Part shown: positions 31,797 to 45,085 of the stretch, in pieces | How positions within the stretch are numbered: position 1 is the first letter of the stretch | How the letters are laid out: each line of letters opens with the position of its first letter | Origin: the human T2T-CHM13v2.0 reference genome, Homo sapiens | Length of the DNA: 64,000 nucleotides | Direction: 5' to 3' (one strand) | Assembly (NCBI RefSeq): GCF_009914755.1 | Contig: NC_060947.1 | Notes under the pieces: model-generated | Told to the model about the DNA's origin: nothing | Seen by the model: the letters and a program-made list of their open reading frames with translations, nothing else | Databases searched by the model: none | Position numbers and translations under genes: made by a program

Positions 31797-32148
31797 CTTA
31801 ACTCTGGAGTCACGGGCCACAGAGACTTCAAGGATATCATCACTTGAGAACCAGCTGAGGCTGGCAAAGCATCATTTTGGAGGCCTCGGCTGGACCCATG
31901 CTGGATCATGCTGGATGTATAGTCATGATCCCTAGTTGATTCTGTTTGCTCTGAAGTTTCCTTTCTTGAGGCTTTCCAGGACGATGTACTGCCCCTGGAA
32001 TCTCAATGCTCAATATTACATCTTGGGGCAGGTGTAGCATCCAAAGCAGTCACGACTCTATCAGAAGCATTAGAGGCACAGGCCGTGCCACTCTTGTGGC
32101 AGAAAACCTGGGCAGAGCCAGAAGTAATGGAGCCACTCCTCCATTTTC
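31797..32148 (-). other. Candidate unannotated or alternative 352-nt exon in intron 10
   Basis: Strong pyrimidine tract and CAG acceptor at 32149-32150; AAG|GTAGTG donor at 31795-31796; non-repetitive island with higher GC; see findings. Confidence 0.5.
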
Positions 32149-32624
32149 CTGAAAGGGAGGGAAGGGAGAGGGGGAGAAAGCAAAACAATATGGGAGGAAG
32201 GGTAAAAACCCACAAACAAACAATGATCGGAACTGGCGCATGAGAAAATAAATAGGACCCCAAAACCCACATATACTAAGTCTTCCAAAGTACATAATGA
32301 ACACCAAGATAACACCATTACTAAAAGAAAGCACAAATAAAATAATAAGAAGTGAGCCCAACAACACAATGACAAACAAGCAATCGGGGAAAAAAAAAAA
32401 AAAACATAGGAGAAAGCCAAGAAAGCCTTTATTAACTCCAATCCTATCTAGAAAGGAAATGAGTAATGTCGCTTGTTTAAACGCTCAAACAGGAAAGGAA
32501 AGTAAACCACCTCTTGCTGATAGGTAAATCAATAATTCGAAATGTTGAGTTTCTTAAAATGCAATCAAGAGAAGGACCTCCTGCACCAGGGAGCTTTCGA
32601 GCCATTAACAAAAGCAATACAAAA

Positions 32625-32790
32625 TGTTAGAGCCAGAAGGACAAACCTCAGAGTACAGCTTTGTCATTCTACAGATGAGGAAACAGGCTTAGATATAGGA
32701 AATGACTCAGCCAAAGAAACAAAGCTAACTAGTGGCAAAGTCAGGAGTAGAACCTAAGATCCTAAATCCCAATCTGCTATTAATTTTACT
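32625..32790 (-). mobile_element. MIR SINE
   Basis: cattctacagatgaggaaacaggcttaga...aatgactcagccaaag...actagtggcaaagtcaggagtagaacc. Confidence 0.7.
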
Positions 32791-32862
32791 GTGCCAGCAC
32801 TATACCCTCTACTTGTTAATACTTGTATGCTAATGAGTGCCTGGGCAAATACAGATGATGCC

Positions 32863-33174
32863 TTTTTTTTTTTTTTCCAGACAAAGTCTTGTTCTGTCAC
32901 CCAGGCTGAAGTGCAGTAGCACAATCTCAACCTGGAGTGAGGGAGGCTCACTGCAACCTCTGCTTCCCAGGTTCAAGCAATTCTCCTGCCTCAGCCTCCC
33001 GAGTACGTAGGACTACAGGTGTGTGCCACCACACCCAGCTAATTGTTGTAGTTTTATTAGAAACAGGCTTTCACCATGTTGACCAGGATGGTCTCAAACT
33101 CCTGACCTCAGGTGATCCATCCACCTCAGCCTCCCAAAGTGCTGGGATTACAGGCATGAGCCACCGCGCTGACC
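32863..33174 (-). mobile_element. Alu (AluS-like)
   Basis: Reverse Alu with a short internal insertion near 32930-32944. Confidence 0.93.
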
Positions 33175-33249
33175 CCCATTTTTAAAAATAAGTGTATTTC
33201 GCATATTTTAAATTTATGTATTTAGAAATGCAAGAACTCAAGCTTTAAT

Positions 33250-33643
<394 letters not shown>

Positions 33644-33987
33644 TGACCATTTTATCTTTTAAGAGGTTCTGAGAACAGGTTTGAAGAAAATTGCTGGAAA
33701 AAAATATATTTTTAGAAGGCCAAAATACTGGGCATCCATAAACAAGGTGATAAAATTTGCTTAAAAATTGGTTTTTGTGTACAATATCATAATAGAGTAC
33801 TTAATTTACAGAATTATAAATAAGATAATGGGTTTAAATGCATGCTCTTTAGAGGTACCTAAGTATATGTAGTACTAAAGCATCACACCATATTTTAAAG
33901 TTTGATATATAAAATAATTCAAAGGAGTATAGCCAAGGAATGTTAAATATTTTAGTAGGGTGTGAGGCTTTGTTTTAATAAATGTCA

Positions 33988-34341
<354 letters not shown>

Positions 34342-34368
34342 TCAAAATTCATATTAGTATATATTTCA

Positions 34369-34720
<352 letters not shown>

Positions 34721-34765
<45 letters not shown>
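34721..34765. repeat. (AT)n microsatellite, about 22 units, appended to an Alu A tail
   Basis: Direct reading. Confidence 0.97.
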
Positions 34766-34769
<4 letters not shown>

Positions 34770-35617
34770 TAAGGCATAATGATCTGTACCCCAAAATGGT
34801 GGAATTCACGAGATAATAATGAAGTCACCAAATAATCAAAAAGCTAAACAATGGTTTGAAATATTTTTTTTTAGTCGCAAATCCTACAATGTGGGTAGTT
34901 AATGAAAAGTAGCTCTGTATCCTTTTTGGTGAGGGTACCAGGAAAATTAATATCAAATGACTTTTTAAAAAAATCTTGGAGGTAGAACAATAAAAACTAT
35001 GAAATTAAGAACCCACAGTTATTAATAATTCATACAGACTTATGTTTCAATAGGCCTGAATTATTACATGTGTATTCCCTAATTTTATACAAAAATCTAA
35101 ACCAGTTTTAGAGGCATTTTAACAAGAAAAAATATATTCAAATTAATATGGGAAATTTGATCATATTAAATAACTAGTTCAATATTTTTATACTTGAAAA
35201 ATGAAAACACAGAATTTACTCATCTCAAATTTCAAAATTTTATTTTGAAATTTCAAAGTTAAAGACAAAGGATATTAAGTCAGAAAAATGAATCACTTTT
35301 CCTAACACTAGAAATCCAAACTCTTCCTTTTTCTCTTTTTCTTTTTTTTCTTTTTTGAGGAAGACCTATTTCTTATTTTCTGAAAGTCCCAATATCACCA
35401 AAGAACAGAGAACAAGAAAGAAACACTGGTTATAATGTTTAAATCTTGACCATAGAAGGACAAAGGTCACCACTACACATCATATGTCTTTCCTGACTGG
35501 GAATTCTAGTAGAAAAAAGAAAGCCAGTAACAACTACAGCCAGTTCAGATATCTACAAGTAGATCCTATCTACTGGCTGGACACCTGTGTTATACTTAAA
35601 TGACTTGCAATACTTAC

Positions 35618-35622
35618 CTGTG
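35618..35622 (-). other. Candidate 5-nt microexon (CACAG) or recursive splice site
   Basis: Minus strand reads TTTTTTTTTCAATTTCCTTTGTCTGTATAG|CACAG|GTAAGTA. Confidence 0.45.
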
Positions 35623-37538
35623 CTATACAGACAAAGGAAATTGAAAAAAAAATTACCGTAAAATTGCTAGATATTTAAAACCCTTACTCAAATGGAAAAA
35701 CAAGTAAAATACTTAATTTAAAACGCCACCTTTGTTTTTCAAGTACAATAAAGGAGAATCAAAGCAGTTTTGCTAACGAAACAGAACTACCACAAAAAAA
35801 AAATCACAGAAAAAAATTATTCCAAATTTAGCAAATTTGCATAGAGAATAGACAACATGTGTAGGAGACAGACATTTGAAAAAGTGTTTAAAATGAAAGC
35901 AAAGTGAACATCAAACGATTAAGGGACTTGTGATACATCCATGCCATTAATTGTGCTGAAATCAGGTAAACAATCATTAAATATCTTCTTAGGCATAAAT
36001 AACATCCAGAAATCATTAGTTTCCTCCGAAAATATGCTGGATTAACAATACAGAGCCGTCATCAACAGCATACCCACACCAAGCCAGTAGGAAAAAAAAA
36101 AATCATTAGCATATTTTCTAGTTTGAAACACAAAATTATCATCAAATGATACAACAACAGTTGGAAATTTAAAATGCTATGGTCTAGTCCCAATATAATT
36201 AAATATAACAATGGGACAATTTTTTTTAGCAATCTCCACATCAAATTTCGCTTCTATGAAAAAAAAAGCATTTAGTCGCACCCACAGAGAAATTATGAGA
36301 AAAAATGTGGAGTATTACTAGACCCAATTAAGCACATTTCAACAATAAAGTAAATGTGTTTGTTAGGGGAGCAGACATCCATGTAGAAATCTCAGCTCTT
36401 AGTCAAAGTTGTCAGGGAGAAAGAATGCTTATTTAGAAAAACCTAGCACTTTGGTCTTTTGCTCTCAAAAGCTCAATTGTAAATATTTCTCACATCCTGC
36501 AAAATAAGCGAATAAAGAAATTTCAAAAGATAATTCTTTTTTGGGATAAATGGTCTCTTCAGTGATTGTTCAGTATGCAATCTCTAAAGACAAGCCTAGT
36601 TTAATGATCCTCAAAACTAATACTGTTAAAACTTGAACACACTACTATCGTATTACTTGAGGCTCATTCCCAGTACAGATATTAAATTAAAATATATGAT
36701 ATTATTAGAAAATGTTTGGTCAAAATATCCCCAGTTATATTGAACATATAAAGGAATTATGGTGTATTTTCAATGCCAGGCTAATTATTGAATTGAAATA
36801 AATTATATGAATAGATGTCTTTTCAGAGAAAGAACCAATTTAAAATCCAACTAACAGGTATTTGAAAGGCCAATGAAACCCTACCCTAATGGCACTTTCA
36901 AGTATATTACTTTAAAATTACGTGTATAAATGTGAAAACCTGACAACCTATTTGGTATTATTATTCTGCCATTGAGAAACTACATAAAGCCTAAGCTCTA
37001 AATTTTCAGTTATATAAAATTCAAAATATATGATTAGTCTACTTTTTTTTATAAAAAGCTAAACCAGAAACATACAAGTGTTGATCAATCTATAATATTC
37101 TGTCCTTGTTCATTAAGTAAATCCAATTAAATAGAAATTAATTTATAGGTTAGACCACTGTCTCATAATATTATACATTTACTTTCAAATATGAGTGACG
37201 CTACATAATAGCATGCTAAAACAGAAATGTATTCACATTTACTAAAATATTCAGGATATGACTAAGTTTTTTAAATGCCCCCAAAAGCCATCATAGCTTT
37301 AAAACAGAAAAAGTAAATAGTAGTTAAATCTGTTGTAAAACTTTCACACAAATATATATAAGTATATATGTTAGGGGAATTAAAAGTATTTACGTCCTAA
37401 ATTTCAAAATTTCAAAACTTCTTTGGCTACAAACTAGCCTCTATATTTTAATAACAAATTATGTCAACTCTCATGATATAAAAAAGTAACATTATTATTA
37501 AAATTAAATGCTTGAACAAGAAAAAAGGTTTACAAAAA

Positions 37539-37544
37539 TTTATT
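37539..37544 (-). terminator. Candidate intronic polyadenylation signal AATAAA for ATRXt
   Basis: Minus strand reads GCAATAAATTTTTGTAAACCTTTTTTCTTGTT, i.e. the hexamer followed by a U-rich downstream element; other AATAAA copies at 39257-39262 and 35239-35244. Confidence 0.4.
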
Positions 37545-39607
37545 GCATCCAAATAGTTAACCATTTGCAATAATACACTATCGCTTCATAAACACCAACA
37601 CTGAAAATGTATTACAATACTGCTAAAAAGACAAAGCATATAAGATTTATACACAATTTACACACAATTGTGTACAAATTTACATACAATTACAATATGC
37701 TGTCTACCAAAATACAACCTACTCAAAAATTAGGAAGTTAGAAAAATAATTCTAAGACTTAATCGTGATCTGCAAATGAATTTTTTAAGTTGCTTAGTGC
37801 ATATTCAAATATGCTCAAATATATAATCTATACTAAAATAGTGCAAGAAAGTATTTGTATCCCCATCATGACTACATAACCCATGGGTATTAGATACCTC
37901 TTTGGTATAGTGAATATTAAACAAGTTAATAAATTGTATATTTTATAAAAACAAATTAAACTGAGTATAGAAAGACATGCTCAAGATAAAATTCAATTCT
38001 TCTCAAAAGTACTCAACAGGGTTGTATTTTTTAATCACAAATTCAAGGTGGAATTAAAGATACTTTCCAATAAAATACTTGCCAGTTACAGAGAGATACG
38101 ATCAGGTAACTTAAAAGTTGAAAATGATATTTATATTTTGACAAGCTCTAACACACACAAAAAAATTATACCTTAACAACACTCTTATTTGGTGGTTAAA
38201 TATGAAATTAAAGTAAATCATTCACAGTTAAATTAAGATATAGAATGTTTAAAACATTATTAGCCTTTGAGTAACATCTGAGGCCTCATGATGTATAGAA
38301 AATCAAATAGCAAATATAAATGAAGAAAAATTAAAGCATCTTAAAAAAGAGTAAAATTTTAAATGCTTTCAGTATCTGGCTGTGATGATATAATGTAAAA
38401 TCCCTGATGAATAAATTGTATGCCCTTATCACTCCATTCTGGAACCTACCACCTATCCCATAAAATAAATGGATATACATTTTTTAATTTAAAAAAGTAG
38501 GCAAGCAGAATCTGAATATTTGTGTCCACAATTAAGCTCTATTCAAAACTGTAAAATAAAACTGTTCATTCACCTTAATAAAAACATTCTTCTGTTAATT
38601 AGCAGAATGCTGACCTTTGAAACAGAGAAACCTAACAGCATCAGCAAGATATAAAAGAGCGAAACTAACAGCTGAACCCAGGGCATTTACTAAGTCAGTT
38701 AATTTCTTACAAAATTATGACAGAAAATTACATGTATATTTTTATGTTTTCTTAATGTTAGAACTTACTATTAGGAATAAATGAATGGTTAATGTAGTGC
38801 TCTTTAATGAAATCATCTCAAATCTATCATGGATTTTTTGGTACTAGAATTACAGAAAATTTCGCCCAACTTTTTCTTCTTAAATATAGTAAATTTTTGA
38901 CAAAAAGTAAAGTCACTTGCCCATGATGACACAGACAGTTGTTAAAAATGTTAGAAATCAGATACCCTTATGCCCATTATTCCAAAATTCCATGCACTAT
39001 ACCATGCTGTCTTCTTGTTGAAGATTATGAGCATGGGGTATGCTATTGTCCAGGAAGTGTTTAAAAGTTATGTTGAAACATTATAGCTATAGTCTTTAAT
39101 ACTGTTGTTTTCCTTATTCTTCACTACACTGATAGTGTCTTTTTTTTTCTTCACCCAGCCACCCCTTACTTAAGTATATCTGTATAGGCTACACTGTTGA
39201 CATTTAAACCTATTAAGTCTTATTAAAGTAAATGCTCTCATACCGTGTATTTCTATTTTATTTGAAAACTGGTTAAACTCTAACTCAGTCTAGATACCTT
39301 GTAAACTGACACTTATTTTGAAAGCAATTTCTTAATCTTAAATATCTGAGTAATCTCTCTTTTTGTTTCTTCTCAACAGGCCTTAATAAATAGGACCACC
39401 ATATTGGATGGCAATTAACAATAGTCAAATATAGAGGAGATGTCTGTTGTTACCAATTTACTGAGATATGATTTACTTTCATCAATAATCTGTCAAAATA
39501 AATTATTCCAAAAAAATTACTGCAGTTTACATAGCAACATAAAATTGACAGTTCTGTATTTATAACACACCCTATGCTAGGTGTGTAAATAATGATATTA
39601 CTTTCTC

Positions 39608-39794
39608 TTAAGGTTTCTGAGTTTTAGCCCATTTTCTGGCCTTTCTTTCAAACTTGCAGGAAGACTGTGAGCGAGTCTTTCTAAGGCAGGCACTCCTGGT
39701 TTTTACAACCTGCTTGCTGTTCCGTTGCTGCTGTTTGTGCCCATGCCTAGGGTGTGTTATAATCTTTTTAAAGTCCTTACAGATGGAATCATAC
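39608..39794 (-). CDS. ATRX: Intron-encoded 61-aa C-terminal tail of the truncated isoform ATRXt (YDSICKDFKK...KWAKTQKP*)
   Basis: ORF 39608..39844(-) reads through the exon 10 donor in frame to TAA; ATRXt is known to arise by retention of this intron (intron 11 in the old 36-exon numbering). Confidence 0.8.
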
Positions 39795-39867
39795 CTATTC
39801 TCAGGATCATTGTCGTCATCATCATCATCCACTGTGACAGGCACTGATTTAGATAAGGCTTCATCTC
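39795..39867 (-). CDS. ATRX: ATRX exon 10 (73 nt), (G)DEALSKSVPVTVDDDDDDNDPEN(R)
   Basis: AAG acceptor at 39868-39869; TAG|GTATGA donor; phase 1 to phase 2. Confidence 0.97.
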
Positions 39868-40407
39868 CTTGAGGGAAAAAAGTGTACTTAAAATTAGCTT
39901 TAAATAAGCTATATAATTAAAACCATGTAAAATAAAACTGAAAGCCAAAAACTTTAAAGCAAACTAAGTGGGGTCTAAACTCTGGACTCCAAAATATGAG
40001 TAAAAAGCATTCTTATAGAAAACATAACAGGTTATTTGTGAAGTGCCAGCAGTAAAATGATAAATAGCTGGACCTTATATATTTCAGAGTTCCTTCCCAG
40101 GGCACAAGGCTTTTAAAGTCCACCCTTCTCAGTAACAATTCTGTATCAACAGCCATCATATTAGCATAAGTTTCTTGCCACAATAACCTTCGTACTGGTC
40201 CATTTTAATTTTGACGTTAACTGGTGCTGTATCTTCGAGGAATAGCAAAAACAGTATTAATATTTTGGTAGTAGCAAGTAATTTTAAAATGCAGTTGAAT
40301 GTGTATGGTATTTGTGACCTGAGTTACCCAGAGATACAGTTCAGTACAGTAAAACTTATTTTCTTATAAAAAGCTGCATTTCTATATTTTGATTAAAAAT
40401 CTAAAGA

Positions 40408-40697
40408 GGGCCGGGTGAGGTGGCGCACGCCTGTAATCCCAGCACTTTGGGAAGCCAAGGCAAGCGGATCACCTGAGGTCAGGAGTTCCAGACCAGCCTG
40501 GCCAACATGGCGAAATCCCGTCTCTACTAAAAACACAAAAATTAACCAGCCATGGTGGTGTGTGCCTGTAATCCCAGCTACTAGGGAGGCTGAGGCAGGA
40601 GAATCACTTGAACCTGGGAGGCGGAGGTTTCAGTAAGCCAAGATCGCACCACGGCACTCCAGCCTGGGTAACAACTCTCTCAAAAAAAAAAAAAAAA
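40408..40697 (+). mobile_element. Alu (AluS-like) with TSD aaaaatctaaagagg
   Basis: Full Alu and flanking direct repeat. Confidence 0.95.
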
Positions 40698-40719
40698 TCT
40701 AAAGAGGTTAAGATTTGGG

Positions 40720-41825
<1,106 letters not shown>

Positions 41826-42039
41826 ATTTCATAATATCCCAGCAAACTCACAATAAATATCTCATTCAAACAGACCAATCTTCAAATGAAATATAATTAG
41901 TAACAGTACTGTCACTCCCTCTTTACTACACCTTTCAAAATTTGACCTATCCTTTGAAGTTCAAATGCCAACTATTCTTCTAAATATTTCCCCAAATATT
42001 TAAGTAGTTCACTTGCCATTTATTGTGTAGCCCCATTAT

Positions 42040-42336
<297 letters not shown>

Positions 42337-43513
42337 CATTCTAGTTTTATATCTTTCTTCTGTTACTTTTTTTAATGATTTCTCTATGTCTGTCTTGCAT
42401 TAAACTGCAATCTCCTAGGACCATGTTCTTCATCTTGGTTATTCATGCCATTACCAAGCCCCAATTTCTAGGAAAATACTGTAGCTGTAATATGATACCC
42501 AAATACTGCGAATAAACTGGAATCCTCTAAACTCAATAGGGGGCAGGGTTTTTCTTTTAACCTTCTAAAACTGTGACCTAAAATTAAGTTAGACAGAGGA
42601 GTACATAAATTCAGCATGCTTACATAAGCATGTAAGTAAATTCTGAAGGAATATCATAACACTGGCTCACACGCAAACTTATCTTTAAAAACAGAACTTT
42701 TTACAGCGCTTATTTTCAAGGCACTCATATTCTATTCTACTTGTTTCTATTGACAAGGCCCAATTTTTCACAGGTTAAATTCCCTAACAAATTTATCTTC
42801 TTTCTTATTTCATCCCAAATAATCAGCTTAGCCCCCAAAAATATCCAGGGTAAAGAAAATCTCAACAAGGCTTATTTCACCAAGCAGTTGAAGGATTGGA
42901 ATTTGCTGAAGTGACGAATTCTCAAAGTTTCTCTTGATACACACCTGAGAAAAAGTTTACTCCCCATCAGCCTATTTGTCCTTCAGATCAAAGTTAAATA
43001 AATCAAAATGGAACACAGTGATCTAGATCAGTGCTGAGATAAGTAATTATCAAGAGATGCATCAATTGAGTATTTGCCATATATCACCATCCCTTCTTAA
43101 GGCCTAATGAATTCATATTAATTATTACACTAAATATTAATAATTCTCAACATGAGAGGTGCATAACAGAAACTTTCATAGGTATCAATAAATCAAGTGA
43201 GATCTTAAGAAAAGTAGTAAAATACTTGAAATCAAACATACTGATTTCACCAGTGAAACTGTTTAATCACAGAAACCAATTTTCCAAAGTTTAAAAATAG
43301 CCAGACTAAGAAAAAAAGAGAGAAGATCCAAATAAATAAAACCAGAAATAAAATTAGCTCAGTGACATATAATTTTTAATGGATTTTAACTAATTTTTAA
43401 ACACAATTTATTATTCTTAAACTCTAATCCTTAATAAGGATTTTCACAGCTAACCTAACAACTAAAACATTGATTTGACATCAAAGTAAATATTAGATTC
43501 TGTATTTTTAATA

Positions 43514-43825
43514 TAAGTCCACAATCCCTTATATATAATTTTGAAATCTAAAACACTCTCAAAATGGAAAGTTTCTGTAAGAGGGTACCAAAGACAATCT
43601 GGCAGCAAAACCTGGTCTAAACTGCTTATTCCTTTAAATGTGAATCTTCAAATGTTTTGCTGCAGAAATACTATGTGTTTGATTATCTGGTGCTGCATCA
43701 GGCCCCACTGGAGCTTTTATAAAATATATAGTAACTTCTCTCTATTATTTTTCTAAAAACCAAAAAGTTGCAAATTCTGAAACACAACAGACCCCAAGAA
43801 TTTCAGGTAAGAAACTGTGAACTTG
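43514..43825. mobile_element. TcMar-Tigger-type non-autonomous DNA transposon (MER46-like)
   Basis: Imperfect terminal inverted repeats aagtccacaatcccttat and gtaagaaactgtgaactt; family name from memory. Confidence 0.55.
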
Positions 43826-43982
43826 AAGTTACAATAGCCACACAAACAGAGCTCCATCTAGTCATCTGATATAGCAGAGCATTCAATTGAAACACACACA
43901 CTGCATATCACATGTGGTTTTCAAGTCAAGTCATAAGTACTCCATAAAAGAAATGTAAAGTTTTATTAAAAAACAAGATTTT

Positions 43983-44130
43983 GCTGGGCACAGTAGCTCA
44001 TGCCTGTAATTCCAACACTTTGGAAGGCCGAGGTGGAAGGATTGCTTGATGCCAGGAGTTCAAGATCAGCCTGGGTAACATAGCAAGACCTCATCTCTAC
44101 AAAATTAAAAATTAAAATTTAAAAAATAGC
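43983..44130 (+). mobile_element. Alu left monomer (FLAM-like)
   Basis: gctgggcacagtagctcatgcctgtaat...catctctacaaaa. Confidence 0.85.
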
Positions 44131-45085
44131 CAAGATTCAAATTAATTCCATTAAAATCCAATTGGGATAAATTGAAAACTGTAACATAAGAACTGGAAGG
44201 AAAAATTTTTAAATTCTACCTATGTTGGAAATACAATTTTATGTAAAACCCACTTTATAAACATTTTTAAATAAATTCTGAGTATCCATAGAACTGACAG
44301 GTCTTACTGACTAAAAAAAAAGACAAATGACCAATACACATTTATTATACAACTGATTTTTAAAATAACTTCAATAATAAAAACTTATTTTTAAAATTAT
44401 TTTTCATAAATTTTAAAGATTTTAATTAATTCATAAAAATATTTTCATTCACCAGCTGACCCAAACTTTAATGTTCCTAGTACTCTACCTCATCAGGGTA
44501 GGCTAATCCAGCTAATGTTTGGATTTTCTTCCTTCATTTTGACAGTGTTTTTAAAAGAAAAACATCTGTTCATGTCATTAGAAACTAGTTAATAAGCATC
44601 AACAAAGGGTTTTAATGAGGTAAATTAAAAATAATTAAAGGGGATTTCATGAGACACAAAGTTATATGTTCAAACTTAAAAAGCCATATGCATGGCAGTT
44701 AAAATTTTGACACACCATGTCATACCAGTACCAAGCACTCACTTCCATTATATAACTAAATAGCTACTGAACCACTGGCACCAGTCCGCTTTTCCTTCTG
44801 CTCATTACTCCAGAGAAAAGCACTAAACATTGATAAAGAAATTTTGTCATTTACTCAACAAATTTGAGATCCCTGATACTGAATACTAGCAATGTTCAAA
44901 ATATCTTCCAATGGCAGCATAAAAATAAATAGGGAAACTTTTTTTAATAAACTCCTAAATAATTTTTAAGTGGTATTCTCCTAAGTAGTAACCCTAAATT
45001 TGATTAGCTTCAGAGGAAATTAAACAATGTAGTAACTCAAGAGGGGGAAGTACAAATTATGAATTTTTTATTTATTTTTGCATAC

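Noticed and set aside
32070-32441. 123-aa hydrophobic ORF on the minus strand resembling a membrane protein
   Set aside because: The hydrophobicity comes from the U-rich intronic tract upstream of the 32148 acceptor, and it lacks an ATG start; better explained as splice-site context.
42615-42635. Short inverted repeats (catgctta-ca-taagcatg; also tgtacact-a-agtgtaca near 55727 and acacaattgtgt near 37662)
   Set aside because: Stems of 6-8 bp are expected by chance in 64 kb of AT-rich DNA.
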